NCBI GenBank assembly: GCA_902631785.1
Contig: CACOZT010000002.1
Coordinates: forward strand, 18,996 to 82,995
Length of the DNA stretch: 64,000 nucleotides
Origin: an uncultured SAR86 cluster bacterium
GTDB lineage: Bacteria; Pseudomonadota; Gammaproteobacteria; Magnimaribacterales; D2472
Direction: 5' to 3'
In this document: piece after piece, positions 1 through 10,525 of the stretch
Numbering within the stretch: position 1 is the stretch's first letter
Layout: every line of letters starts with the position of its first letter
Program-made: the position numbers and the translations under genes
Notes under the pieces: generated by a model
Told to the model about the DNA's origin: nothing
The model's database searches: none
The model's input: the letters and a program-made list of their open reading frames with translations, nothing else

Positions 1-3
1 ATA

Positions 4-1212
4 ATGTTAGTAGAAGAATCAATTAAATCAGCTATATCATCCATAAAAACAAATGGAGTTAGGTCTTTTTTAACAGCATTAGCAATAATAATTGGAACAG
101 CTGCTGTTATAACGGTAATAGGTATTGGATCGAGTGCCGAGAAGGCCTTAGAAGCAAGCATCGATGATTTGGGTCCAAGAACTTTATCAATTTTTCCTAG
201 TCAGCGAAAAAGGGGTGGAATATCTTCTGGATTCAACCCATTGGTGATAAAAGATGCAGAGGCTTTAGCTGATAATAAAGAACATAACTGGATGATTGCT
301 CCTGCTATGTCTGGCAGTAGACAAGTTAAGTTTAGAAATTCAAACATTAGTGGTGAAATTAACGGATATCTACCTGTCAATTTTGAGGTAAGGGGATTTG
401 AAATTGGACAAGGACGTATTTTTACTGAAAAAGAAAATTTAGGAAGAAAGAAAGTTATCATTCTTGGATCAAAAGTTCCAGGAGAACTTAAAACATCTGC
501 AAAACAATTATTAAATAATGAAATACTAGTTGCTGGAACTTCTTATAAAGTCATTGGCATTCTTAAAGAAGAGGGATCAACAGGCTGGCAAAATCCTGAT
601 GACGATCTATATGTTCCGCTATTAACAGCTTCACAAAGAATATTTGGAACAGACAGGCTCGGATGGATCAATGTAGGAATTTCAAATGAAACTAACGTTG
701 ACTATGTCATGATGACTATAGAACAAATCTTAAGACAAAAGCATGATATTGGTCCTGGAGGCGAAAATGATTTTAGGATCAATGATTGGAGCCAATACTC
801 TGATCTTAGACGACAAGCTACTGGAATATTTACTGCACTAATTGCTGGTATAGCAGGGATAAGTTTAATTGTAGGAGGCATCGGTGTAATGAATATAATG
901 CTGGTATCGGTGACTGAAAGAACCCGCGAAATAGGTCTCAGAAAAGCACTAGGCGCAACTCAAAGATCTATCATGATGCAATTTATTATAGAAGCAGTTC
1001 TTCTCTGTATACTAGGCGGACTATTAGGTGTAATAATTGCAACCACATTACTTTTTCTTTTTACATCATTAAACGATTGGATATTTTATATGCCTTTTAG
1101 TGCAATTATTGGATCAATAACTTTTTCGGCACTTGTAGGTTTATTTTTTGGTATATGGCCTGCAAAAAGAGCAGCTAAATTAGATCCAGCTGTTTCTTTA
1201 AGATATGAATAA
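4..1212 (+). CDS. ABC transporter permease, MacB/LolE-like (FtsX-type)
   Basis: 402-aa ORF with an N-terminal TM helix (RSFLTALAIIIGTAAVI), a large extracytoplasmic domain and a C-terminal 3-TM FtsX-type bundle. Its ATG overlaps a TAA at 2-4 (TAATG), so an upstream gene, probably the ATPase partner, ends at the window edge. Confidence 0.8.
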   Translation: MLVEESIKSAISSIKTNGVRSFLTALAIIIGTAAVITVIGIGSSAEKALEASIDDLGPRTLSIFPSQRKRGGISSGFNPLVIKDAEALADNKEHNWMIAPAMSGSRQVKFRNSNISGEINGYLPVNFEVRGFEIGQGRIFTEKENLGRKKVIILGSKVPGELKTSAKQLLNNEILVAGTSYKVIGILKEEGSTGWQNPDDDLYVPLLTASQRIFGTDRLGWINVGISNETNVDYVMMTIEQILRQKHDIGPGGENDFRINDWSQYSDLRRQATGIFTALIAGIAGISLIVGGIGVMNIMLVSVTERTREIGLRKALGATQRSIMMQFIIEAVLLCILGGLLGVIIATTLLFLFTSLNDWIFYMPFSAIIGSITFSALVGLFFGIWPAKRAAKLDPAVSLRYE

Positions 1213-2305
1213 ATTAAAAGTAATTCAACTTTTACCAGAATTAAATATTGGAGGCGTTGAGAGAGGAACAAAAGACTTCTCTCAAGCATTAGTTGAGAAA
1301 GGTCACGAATCAATCGTAATCTCAAATGGCGGTCTTTTTAAAAAAGATATTGAAAAAGATGGTGCAACACATATCAAACTCCCAATTCATAAGAAAAGTC
1401 TGTTCTCACTATTTTTATCAAAAAAGTTAGAATCTATATATAGAACAGAAAAACCAGACATAGTTCATGTAAGGTCTAGAATGCCAGCTTGGATAAATTA
1501 CTACGCATTCAAAAAATTATCTAAAAAACCAATTCTTGTATCTACATTTCATGGTTTATATAGCACACCAATGTACAGTCAGGTAATGTCTAGGGTTGAC
1601 CATATGATTGCGATATCAAAAACTGTAAAAGAATACATTATAAATACCTACAATATAAAAGATGAAAAGATTTCAGTTATTCCTAGAGGCTGTGACATGA
1701 ATCATTTTAATAAAGATGATGTAAGTGATGAATGGATTAATGCTTGGTATAGAGAATTCCCGCAAACAAAGAACAAGATTATCCTTACTCTGCCTACAAG
1801 AATATCGAAATGGAAGGGTGTTGATAACTTTATTGAGCTAATTTCTAAGTTAGACGGTGATATATTTCATGGATTAATTGTAGGACCAACTTCAAAATCT
1901 AAAATAAGATACCTAAATTCACTAAAAAAGAAAATTCAAGACCTTGGTCTTTATCAACACATAACATTTACAGGATCAAGAAATGATATCAGTAATATTT
2001 ATAAAATTTCTGATATTGTTTTTAATCTCTCAATTGAGCCTGAACCCTTTGGCAGGACTACTATTGAAGCAATAAGTTGTGGTGCAAAATTTGTAGGTTG
2101 GAATCACGGAGGAACACAAGAAGTGCTTGAGGAGTTATTTCCTGATGGCTTAGTTGAACTAGGTGATATCAATGCTCTAAAAGAAAAGGTAATAAAAGTT
2201 TCTGATAAACATCATTCTTTGCCAAAGGAAAACGTATTCACGTCAAATAGAATGATTGATGAAACCATAAATTTATATCATCAACTTATCAGCAAAGAAT
2301 CATAA
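1205..2305 (+). CDS. Glycosyltransferase family 4 (GT-B, group 1)
   Basis: 366 aa. N-terminal GGVERG motif and C-terminal E-x7-E motif (EPEPFGRTTIEAISCG) typical of GT4 enzymes. Overlaps the previous gene by 8 nt. Confidence 0.75.
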   Translation: MNKLKVIQLLPELNIGGVERGTKDFSQALVEKGHESIVISNGGLFKKDIEKDGATHIKLPIHKKSLFSLFLSKKLESIYRTEKPDIVHVRSRMPAWINYYAFKKLSKKPILVSTFHGLYSTPMYSQVMSRVDHMIAISKTVKEYIINTYNIKDEKISVIPRGCDMNHFNKDDVSDEWINAWYREFPQTKNKIILTLPTRISKWKGVDNFIELISKLDGDIFHGLIVGPTSKSKIRYLNSLKKKIQDLGLYQHITFTGSRNDISNIYKISDIVFNLSIEPEPFGRTTIEAISCGAKFVGWNHGGTQEVLEELFPDGLVELGDINALKEKVIKVSDKHHSLPKENVFTSNRMIDETINLYHQLISKES

Positions 2306-3252
2306 ATAAGATTTATTTCACTTATTTTTTTGTTTATTGAATATTCTTCTGTTATGAAATCAAAAACAGCTTCTTGATTTAATATATCTATATTATCAAC
2401 ATATTTCTCTAACAGATTTTGTAGGGATTCTTGATCATTTTTTTTAGCTAATAATTCCTTTGGTAATATATTTTCCATATGTCCAACATTTGTAGAAAGC
2501 ACTGGAATTTCAAGAAATAAAGCTTCCAGTGCAACCCTTGGTCCACCTTCATCTCTTGATGAAACAATTAATACAGACGCATCTTTGTAGAAATCTATGA
2601 GATCATCTTTCCTTACATCTTCAAGTATTTTTATCTTGCTTGAGAGCCCATTAATATCAATTAATGACAGTAAATTATTTTTTTCTTGACCTGAGCCAAT
2701 AATCAAAAGTTTTGTATTTATGTTTTTCCATGACGAAATAAGCAGGTCAAATCCCTTTATTTTTTCAAGTCTGCCAATTGCAATAGCATATTTAGGATTC
2801 CTTTTTTGAAATTTTAATAAGTTTGGATTCCACCAATTAGAAATAACTTTTGAATTATTGTTTATACCTTCAATAGCTTTATTACTTACTCCAATGATGA
2901 AATCTGGTTTTTCAAAGATCGTTTTATTTTTTTTGACTCCATGAACTGTAGCAATATGTTTAAAATTTTTATGTTTAATTTTTGAAATAATTTCTGTTGT
3001 TTTAGAGCCATGTGTATGCACAATATCTGGATTTATCTGTTTAAGTAATTTTTTAATCTTATATCTACCAATTAAAGATCTTCTTCCATAATTTTTTATT
3101 TTAAAAACCTTAATATTTTCAGCAAAATTATTTTCAATGGATTCATTACATATCAATATTGGATTATCAATTAGATTATTTGATAAAAGCTCATCAACGT
3201 GTTGTTCAATTCCTGCAAAAGAATTACTCATTACAAAATGAACAGTTTTCAT
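2281..3252 (-). CDS. Glycosyltransferase family 4 (GT-B, group 1)
   Basis: 323 aa. SFAGIEQHV N-terminal motif and E-x7-E-like segment (SRDEGGPRVALEALFLEIPVLS). Its 3' end overlaps the convergent GT4 gene by 25 nt. Confidence 0.7.
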   Translation of the reverse strand: MKTVHFVMSNSFAGIEQHVDELLSNNLIDNPILICNESIENNFAENIKVFKIKNYGRRSLIGRYKIKKLLKQINPDIVHTHGSKTTEIISKIKHKNFKHIATVHGVKKNKTIFEKPDFIIGVSNKAIEGINNNSKVISNWWNPNLLKFQKRNPKYAIAIGRLEKIKGFDLLISSWKNINTKLLIIGSGQEKNNLLSLIDINGLSSKIKILEDVRKDDLIDFYKDASVLIVSSRDEGGPRVALEALFLEIPVLSTNVGHMENILPKELLAKKNDQESLQNLLEKYVDNIDILNQEAVFDFITEEYSINKKISEINLIYDSLLIS

Positions 3253-4163
3253 AATAATTGTTGTAATTTATATGAAACTTTTTCAACTTCTGCATAAATT
3301 TCATTATGAATATTTTGTTTTTGCAACTTCATCTTAGACATATCATCAACAATGTTATCGCAATCTATGAAACCAACTTTTTTATTCTTAATTAGATTAT
3401 CTACAATCTTAACAACTTTATTTGAACTTCGATTTTCTTTCATATCTATAAGGTATGTCTTACCCTTACATGAAAGACTTTCAAATATCATATTAACACT
3501 ATCTCTTGTAATTAATTTAGATGATGCTTTCTCTAAAATTTTTTCAAAGTCATTTGAGCCTATATTTAAATCACAAAATGTTACGTTTTCATAAATGTTT
3601 TTTAAAGAAGCTAATTTTTGATTTGTTGAACTAGGCGTTCTTCTTGAATTAAATATATAACAATTTTTATTTGGATGAATAGATATAAAGTAATCTATTT
3701 GAGAAATTATATGATTTTCATCAAAGGCAAAATGTTTATTTTTACCACCAACTGCAATCATGATTATATTTTCATCGGTATCCTTATCTGAAACTTTTGC
3801 AAGCGATCCTTCAAAAAAAATTACATTATTTGTTTTTTTAAATTTATCTTTATCATGAGAAGGTGAGCAGATAATATCAAATTTATCCTTGCGAAAAGTT
3901 GGTGACAGTATTGCAACTGATTTTGTATTTTCTTTTTGATTTTTTTTAATACTCAGTATTAAAGAATAAGTTCTATGACCAGCTCCAATAATAAAATCAT
4001 ATTTTTTTTCCTCAATATCCTCCAAATATGTAAAAAGTGGATAAAATCCTTTTACATCCCTTTCATCGATATCTAAATCAATATTCTTGTTCAATTCATC
4101 AAGTAAAATCTTTACTTGTTTCTCATGACCAATATTATTATCTTTAACCCACAAAACTTTCAT
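3249..4163 (-). CDS. ELM1 (mitochondrial-fission ELM1-like) family putative glycosyltransferase
   Basis: 304 aa. Family-typical motifs as I remember them: GHEKQ near the N-terminus, IIGAGHRT, CSPSHD, VGGKNKHF, SRRTP and TRDSVNM. 4-nt overlap with the downstream GT4 gene. Confidence 0.7.
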   Translation of the reverse strand: MKVLWVKDNNIGHEKQVKILLDELNKNIDLDIDERDVKGFYPLFTYLEDIEEKKYDFIIGAGHRTYSLILSIKKNQKENTKSVAILSPTFRKDKFDIICSPSHDKDKFKKTNNVIFFEGSLAKVSDKDTDENIIMIAVGGKNKHFAFDENHIISQIDYFISIHPNKNCYIFNSRRTPSSTNQKLASLKNIYENVTFCDLNIGSNDFEKILEKASSKLITRDSVNMIFESLSCKGKTYLIDMKENRSSNKVVKIVDNLIKNKKVGFIDCDNIVDDMSKMKLQKQNIHNEIYAEVEKVSYKLQQLL

Positions 4164-4215
4164 GAAATTTAATTATACATTGGATAAAGTTATCAATATT
4201 AGTTAACCTAAAAAT

Positions 4216-4407
4216 ATGGAAGATAGAAAAACTATCAAATCAATAGCTATCTCATTAATATCCCAATATGGTGATGATGCCCAGGCTATAGCAATGTTAA
4301 GAGCTGCAGAATTTGCTGCAAATTTAAATAATGACGAATGGATTAAATGGGAAAAAATTATTAAAGAGATTGAAACGATAGATCGCTTGTCAATCTTAGA
4401 TGGATAA
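4216..4407 (+). CDS. Small helical hypothetical protein (63 aa)
   Basis: Stand-alone ORF in a spacer between divergent genes. It has a GDDA...A..RA......W..I pattern that I recall from small uncharacterised proteobacterial proteins. No function inferable. Confidence 0.4.
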   Translation: MEDRKTIKSIAISLISQYGDDAQAIAMLRAAEFAANLNNDEWIKWEKIIKEIETIDRLSILDG

Positions 4408-4443
4408 CATTTATAATTTGTTTATAGAGTTAGTGTATAAAGT

Positions 4444-4902
4444 ATGAAATTCAAAAATTTATTAAAGAATTACCAAAATGTTTTAATCTCATCGCTTGGA
4501 GCTTTTTTGTGTATATTTCTGATCGCATATTTTAATTCAGTTGATGAAACAAATATTTGGTTAATACCACCGTTTGGAGCAAGTCTAGTGCTTGTAATGG
4601 CAGTCCATGACAGTCCATTGGCTCAACCAAGAAATGTTTTTTTTGGTCATATCCTATCTGCTTCATCCGGTGTTTTCTTGTTTTACCTTCTTGGCAATTC
4701 GCCTATTTCAATATCTCTGGCCTTATCATTGGCAATAATTCTTATGATGATTACAAAAACTATTCATCCACCAGCTGGAGCAAATCCTATAATTGCGATA
4801 TTAGGAGCAAAATCTTTTGAATTCGTTATAATGCCAGTTGCCACAGGGGCCTTATTTATAGTTATTTTTGCTTTTGTATACAATAAAATTTGGAAAAGGT
4901 AG
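4444..4902 (+). CDS. HPP family membrane protein
   Basis: 152 aa, four hydrophobic segments and the eponymous HPPAGANP motif. Confidence 0.8.
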   Translation: MKFKNLLKNYQNVLISSLGAFLCIFLIAYFNSVDETNIWLIPPFGASLVLVMAVHDSPLAQPRNVFFGHILSASSGVFLFYLLGNSPISISLALSLAIILMMITKTIHPPAGANPIIAILGAKSFEFVIMPVATGALFIVIFAFVYNKIWKR

Positions 4903-4927
4903 CTAGATTTTTATTTATAGATGACAA

Positions 4928-5233
4928 ATGGGAAAAATCGAAAATACTATTAAAAATTTATTGATTGATAAATTTAATCCATCACTTTTATCTATTACCA
5001 ATGAGAGTTATATGCATAACGTGCCTGAGGGATCTGAAAGTCATTTTAAAATCGTTTTAGTAAGTAATTCATTCAAAGACGTACCCAAGATAAAGCAGCA
5101 TCAAAAAATATATAAAGTTCTTGGAAACATAATGAATTCTATTCATGCTTTATCAATTTACACTTTCGATGAAATGGAATATGAAAATAATCCTGTAATT
5201 ATTGACTCACCTAATTGCGCTAATAAGAAATGA
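4928..5233 (+). CDS. BolA family protein
   Basis: 101 aa. NESYMHNVPEGSESHFKIVLVS and a later HQKIYKVL segment match the BolA/IbaG fold signature. Confidence 0.8.
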   Translation: MGKIENTIKNLLIDKFNPSLLSITNESYMHNVPEGSESHFKIVLVSNSFKDVPKIKQHQKIYKVLGNIMNSIHALSIYTFDEMEYENNPVIIDSPNCANKK

Positions 5234-7695
5234 GAATAGATTTAAAAAACGTTGCATCATTTCTTGTAGATAAGAATCTAATAATTTTATTTTTGGTTGG
5301 AGCTATAACATTATTCTCAGGACTAGGATTAAATAATTTTAAACTTGATGCCTCGTCAGATGCATTGGTTTTGGAGAATGATGAATCTCTTAAAGCATAT
5401 AGAGAAGCAGAAGATGAATTTGGTGATTCTAGTTTTTTGATTGTAACTTATGAACCAAATACTGAATTATTTTCAGATTATTCGTTGAATAGAATTGCAA
5501 ATTTAGAAAATGAACTAAAAAATATTGATGGTGTTGATTCTGTACTATCACTTTTAGATGCTCCAATTTTTTTTCAACCAAAGGTTGGTCTTACAGAGGT
5601 TGCCGACAACTTGAAGGATCTTACTTATGAAGGCATAAACCTAGATCTCGCTAAAGAAGAAATTATTAAAAATCCAATATATAAAGAATTAATTGTCAGT
5701 AAAGATGGCAAGGTTACAGCTATGCAAGTTGTACTAAAAGGAAACAATGAATATAACGATTTAATTAATAATAGATATGAAGTTTTGGATAAACTTGATG
5801 CAAAAGAAGTACTTACGAGCAAAAATCGATTAGAACTTCAAAACGAATTAAGTGAAATTAATTCAAGAATAAGTGAAATTAATGATTCAGAGTCAGAATT
5901 CAATAAGATTCTTATTAAGAATATTAGAAATACCTTAGATAAGTATAGAGAGGATGCGACCATTTATCTTGGCGGTCCATCAATGATAGCAACTGACATG
6001 ATGGAATATATTGAATCTGATTTGACTATATTTGGTGCAGCAGTGGCAGTAATTTTTGCAGTAATGCTTTATCTTTTTTTTGGTTCGATTTGGCTTGTTA
6101 TTTTGCCTTTAATGAATGCATTCTTGGCAACTTTTATAACAGCTGGTTTTCTTGGATTTATGGATTGGAAAATTAGTGTAGTGTCATCAAATTTTATTGC
6201 ACTTTTATTAATCTTAACAATTTCATTAACAGTTCATCTGCTTGTAAAGATCACCGAATTAAAAGAAAATCATGACTTCAGAACTGCAGTTTTAATGGGT
6301 TATGAGCAAATGTTTGCACCATGCTTCTTTGCAGCCATAACAACAGCAGTAGCATTCTTATCACTAACATTTGGGGAAATTAAACCAGTAATTGAATTTG
6401 GTAAGATGATGGCTTTTGGTATTTCAATAGCATTTATCTTAACTTTTACATTTTTACCTTGCTTGATATATCTTTTAAATACTGACAAAACAAAAGATTA
6501 TCTCTCCATTCATAGAGTTACAAAATTATTATTAAAATTTTCTCAAAAAAACGTTCGCAGAGTTTCATTTGTATTTGGTGCTTCGTTTTTACTTCTATGT
6601 TTTGGAATATCTAAATTGGAAGTAGAAAATAGATTTATTGATTACTTTGATCCTGATACTGAAATATACAAAGGAATGTATGAGATTGATTCTAAGCTTG
6701 GTGGTACCGCAACTCTTGATATTATTATTTCTCAACCTGAAGATTCATTTGAGTCGATTGAAATAGATGATGAATTCTTTGATGATGATTTATTTGAAGA
6801 TGAATCAAGCTCTGCAGCAGGTTATTGGTGGAACATATATTCTTTGAATGAACTTGAAAAAATCCATGATTATCTGGACTCAATTCCTGAGATTGGTAAA
6901 GTTCTTAGTGTTGCGAGTGGTGTAAAGTTAGCTAGACAGATAAATGATGGTGAGGATCTAAACGATCTTGAACTGGCCTTGCTAAGATCTGTTTTGCCTG
7001 AGGATATTCGAGAGTCTCTTTTATATTCTTACATTAATAAAGATGATTCAGTAGTAAGAATATCAACTAGAGTTAATGAATCTGCATCAAATTTAAATAG
7101 AGAAGATTTACTTAATAAAATAGACAATGATTTACAAAATAAATTCAATTTAGAAAAATCTCAATATGAAATTACTGGATTAGCAGTTTTATATAACAAT
7201 ATGCTTCAGTCGCTGTTTCAATCTCAAATTGCCTCATTAATTATAGTATTTGCTGTAATTTCTTTAATGTTATTTCTAATTTTTAGATCTTTAAAAGTAA
7301 TGCTTATTGGTCTAATACCTAACATATTCGTAGCCTCATCAGTAATGGGATTATTGGGATTGTTTAATATTCCTTTAGACATTATGACAATTACTGTTGC
7401 CGCGATAAGTGTTGGTATGGCAGTGGATAATACTATTCATTATATTTATAGATATAAAAAAGAACTCAAAAAAAATGAACCATGGCAGGCGCTTCAAAAT
7501 GCGCATAGCACTACAGGTAGAGCAATATTTTATACTGCTACAACTATTTCAGCGGGTTTTTGTATTCTTATACTCTCAAACTTTTTCCCAACACTTTTGT
7601 TTGGACTTTTCACATCAATAGCTATGATCTTAGCTTTTATGAGTTCTTTAACTTTATTACCAAATCTATTAGTAAAATATAGAGTTTTTCAATAG
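5230..7695 (+). CDS. RND-superfamily exporter (MMPL/SSD-type, HpnN-like architecture)
   Basis: 821 aa. Two repeats of one TM helix, a large periplasmic loop and a 5-TM bundle. An acidic insert (IDDEFFDDDLFEDESS) lies in the second loop. 4-nt overlap with bolA. Confidence 0.75.
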   Translation: MRIDLKNVASFLVDKNLIILFLVGAITLFSGLGLNNFKLDASSDALVLENDESLKAYREAEDEFGDSSFLIVTYEPNTELFSDYSLNRIANLENELKNIDGVDSVLSLLDAPIFFQPKVGLTEVADNLKDLTYEGINLDLAKEEIIKNPIYKELIVSKDGKVTAMQVVLKGNNEYNDLINNRYEVLDKLDAKEVLTSKNRLELQNELSEINSRISEINDSESEFNKILIKNIRNTLDKYREDATIYLGGPSMIATDMMEYIESDLTIFGAAVAVIFAVMLYLFFGSIWLVILPLMNAFLATFITAGFLGFMDWKISVVSSNFIALLLILTISLTVHLLVKITELKENHDFRTAVLMGYEQMFAPCFFAAITTAVAFLSLTFGEIKPVIEFGKMMAFGISIAFILTFTFLPCLIYLLNTDKTKDYLSIHRVTKLLLKFSQKNVRRVSFVFGASFLLLCFGISKLEVENRFIDYFDPDTEIYKGMYEIDSKLGGTATLDIIISQPEDSFESIEIDDEFFDDDLFEDESSSAAGYWWNIYSLNELEKIHDYLDSIPEIGKVLSVASGVKLARQINDGEDLNDLELALLRSVLPEDIRESLLYSYINKDDSVVRISTRVNESASNLNREDLLNKIDNDLQNKFNLEKSQYEITGLAVLYNNMLQSLFQSQIASLIIVFAVISLMLFLIFRSLKVMLIGLIPNIFVASSVMGLLGLFNIPLDIMTITVAAISVGMAVDNTIHYIYRYKKELKKNEPWQALQNAHSTTGRAIFYTATTISAGFCILILSNFFPTLLFGLFTSIAMILAFMSSLTLLPNLLVKYRVFQ

Positions 7696-7704
7696 TATTA
7701 ACTT

Positions 7705-8805
7705 ATGGGACCTTTAAAAGACATAAAAGCTATTGAATTTTCTGGCATTGGGCCAGGTCCCTATTGTGGAATGCTCCTTGCTGATTTGGGCGCAGATGTA
7801 ATAAGAGTCAGCAGGAAGGAAACTAAAGGTGTACAAAATAAATATGATATTCATAATCGTTCAAAGAGAACTATTACCGCTGACTTAAAAAATAAAGAAT
7901 CAGTCAAAGAGTTATTAAAATTAATAGGGCAGGTTGATGTTGTTTTCGAGGGGTTCAGACCTGGCGTTATGGAGAAGTTAGGTTTAGGGCCTGATGAGTG
8001 TTTAAAAGTTAATCCCAAATTAGTCTATGGTCGAATGACAGGCTGGGGTCAAGAAGGGCCTATGGCAAATCTTGCAGGTCACGATATTAATTACATTAGT
8101 CTTTCCGGAGCTCTTAATTCAATGGGTAGAAAAGATTCTAATCCAATTCCACCTTTAAATTTAATTGGTGACTATGGAGGAGGTGGTATGCATTTAGCTT
8201 TTGGAATTGTTTCTGGATTAATACACTCTTTAAAAACTGGTGAAGGGCAAGTAGTAGATTCTGCAATGGTTGACGGATCACTTTCATTAATGTCATTTTT
8301 TTATTCATTAAAAGAGATGGGTCATTGGGAAGATAAAAGAGAATCCAATCTGCTGGATGGTTATGCACATTTTTATGATACTTATGAATGTTCAGACAAT
8401 AAATTTATAGCAGTAGGGTCGATAGAACCTCAATTTTATTCTGAACTTTTAGACAAACTTGAAATAGACGATAAAAGATTTCAAGACCAACACAATAAAG
8501 ATTTATGGCCTGAACTAAAAGAAATCATGACCTTAAAAATTAAATCTAAATCTAGATCTGAATGGGTTGATATATTTTCTGATAGTGATGCTTGTGTTTC
8601 ATCAGTTTTAAGTATGGAGGAGGCTCAACAGCATCCACATAACCTCGAAAGGGAAGCCTTCATCAATATCGATGGATTTAATCAACCAAATGCATCTCCA
8701 AGATATTCTAAAACTACATCAGAAATTAAACACAATGCCAAGGAGGTAGGAGCTGATCTTGATGATGTTTGTAAAGAATTTAATTTATCAAAAGACGCTT
8801 TTTAA
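7705..8805 (+). CDS. CoA-transferase family III (CaiB/BaiF; alpha-methylacyl-CoA racemase-like)
   Basis: 366 aa. The N-terminal GIGPGPYCGMLLADLGADVIRV motif and overall length are typical of family III CoA transferases/racemases. Confidence 0.8.
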   Translation: MGPLKDIKAIEFSGIGPGPYCGMLLADLGADVIRVSRKETKGVQNKYDIHNRSKRTITADLKNKESVKELLKLIGQVDVVFEGFRPGVMEKLGLGPDECLKVNPKLVYGRMTGWGQEGPMANLAGHDINYISLSGALNSMGRKDSNPIPPLNLIGDYGGGGMHLAFGIVSGLIHSLKTGEGQVVDSAMVDGSLSLMSFFYSLKEMGHWEDKRESNLLDGYAHFYDTYECSDNKFIAVGSIEPQFYSELLDKLEIDDKRFQDQHNKDLWPELKEIMTLKIKSKSRSEWVDIFSDSDACVSSVLSMEEAQQHPHNLEREAFINIDGFNQPNASPRYSKTTSEIKHNAKEVGADLDDVCKEFNLSKDAF

Positions 8806-9603
8806 TTATTGATTCTGGCTTTCAAAAAAACACAAAGTATTTTTAAAAGATTCTTTCCTTATTTCATCTTCGTTTAGATCTAAGAGTAAAGATATTTCTT
8901 TCACTATATGATTCAAGTTGCTTGGCTCGTTGCGATTATTTTTAGGTTTTGTAGGAAGATCTTTAGGAATTAAATAAGGACAGTCAGTTTCGACCATTAA
9001 TTTTGATAAAGGTATATTTTTGATAGTTTTCCGAAGTTCAACATTCCTTTTTTCATCGCATATCCACCCGGTAATGCCGATATAGCAACCTAACTCTAAA
9101 TAATCATCTAATTGTTCTTGGGTTCCTGTAAAACAATGAACGACTGCTTTATTAATATCAGATGAGTATTTTCTTAAAATTTTTATAAAATCATCGTGCG
9201 AATCTCTTTGATGAAGAAAAAGAGGTTTGTTTGTATTAATTGCTATCTTAATTTGTTCTTCGAATGCGAATATTTGTTCTTCATAAGTAGATAGGTTTCT
9301 AAAGAAGTCTAAGCCTGTCTCACCAATAGCATGGGGGTTATTATTGGCTATTTTCTCTTTAAGAATATTTAAATACTCATCATTTATTTCATTTGCATGA
9401 TGAGGATGGACTCCAATAGTGAAAAACATATCGTTTGGATATTGACGATATATTTTCAGTAATTTATCAAGATCACTTAATTGACTGCATATAAGTCCAA
9501 ATTTTGTAATTTTATTAGTCAAAGCTCTACTAATAACTTTATCTAAATCATTATCAAACCTGTCACTCGTAAAGTTACAAGCTATGTCAGCTATTTCATG
9601 CAT
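8806..9603 (-). CDS. TatD family metal-dependent hydrolase (DNase)
   Basis: 265 aa. TatD motifs GVHPHHA, ETGLDF, LHQRD, HCFTG and ETDCPYL. Confidence 0.85.
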   Translation of the reverse strand: MHEIADIACNFTSDRFDNDLDKVISRALTNKITKFGLICSQLSDLDKLLKIYRQYPNDMFFTIGVHPHHANEINDEYLNILKEKIANNNPHAIGETGLDFFRNLSTYEEQIFAFEEQIKIAINTNKPLFLHQRDSHDDFIKILRKYSSDINKAVVHCFTGTQEQLDDYLELGCYIGITGWICDEKRNVELRKTIKNIPLSKLMVETDCPYLIPKDLPTKPKNNRNEPSNLNHIVKEISLLLDLNEDEIRKESFKNTLCFFESQNQ

Positions 9604-9657
9604 GTCTATCTTTATTAATTTCTAATAATATAAATTATGAACTAAAATTAACTTATC

Positions 9658-10512
9658 ATGAATCAATTTGAAAGATTTCAAGAGGCTCTTAAACTAAAGA
9701 GTACTGAAAATAATAAATTTACAGTTAATCCAGATACTAACTATTTTGTAGGTAACACGCCACATGGTGGATATTTAATGGCTTTGATGCATAAAGCTTT
9801 AACAACTATATTGCCACATTCAACAGCTATAAGCTCATCAGTACAATATTTGGATAGGATTGATGCTGCACCTTTTGAGCTAGATGTTGAAATTTTTAAA
9901 ATAAGCAGAGGTAGTTCATCAGGAATAGTAAGATTAAAGCAAGAAAATAAAACCTGCACCACTTTTACTGGCACCTGCTCTGATTTTGAACATATGAAAG
10001 GATATGATGACCTTCAAAAACCTTTGCCAGATATTTTTAATCAAAGTGATAAGAAAGATTACGTAAAAATGAATTATGACAAAATTTCAAAAGGCTTTAC
10101 TCCAGCATTTATTCAACAGTTGGAATGTTTAATCCATCCAGATCATGCCTGGTGGAACCGGGGATCAGAATCACAAATCCGTAATAATGAAGCAAGATGC
10201 TCAGCATTTCTAGAAATGGAAGGAGGAACACCAGATCAATTCTGTTTATCTTTTTATTCAGACATACTGCCACCAGTTGTTTCTAATAAATATGGACCAC
10301 TTGGATGGATACCAACAATAACTTTAACTACTCATATCAGACAAATGCCATCTACAAGTGAGGTCTATGCTGACTTTAAGGCTTCTGATATCAACAAAGG
10401 ATACTTTGAGCAGGATTGTAATATATGGGATTTAAATGGAAATTTAGTTGCTTCGAGCCGTCAACTAACTAGAATACTAAAATCAGAAGAAAAATTATCG
10501 AATAATTTATAA
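9658..10512 (+). CDS. Acyl-CoA thioesterase-like protein (double hot-dog, TesB-like)
   Basis: 284 aa. The TPHGGYLMALMHKAL motif and two-lobed length are consistent with the thioesterase-II-like family. The call rests on remembered family patterns only. Confidence 0.5.
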   Translation: MNQFERFQEALKLKSTENNKFTVNPDTNYFVGNTPHGGYLMALMHKALTTILPHSTAISSSVQYLDRIDAAPFELDVEIFKISRGSSSGIVRLKQENKTCTTFTGTCSDFEHMKGYDDLQKPLPDIFNQSDKKDYVKMNYDKISKGFTPAFIQQLECLIHPDHAWWNRGSESQIRNNEARCSAFLEMEGGTPDQFCLSFYSDILPPVVSNKYGPLGWIPTITLTTHIRQMPSTSEVYADFKASDINKGYFEQDCNIWDLNGNLVASSRQLTRILKSEEKLSNNL

Positions 10513-10525
10513 AAAAGGATATCTA

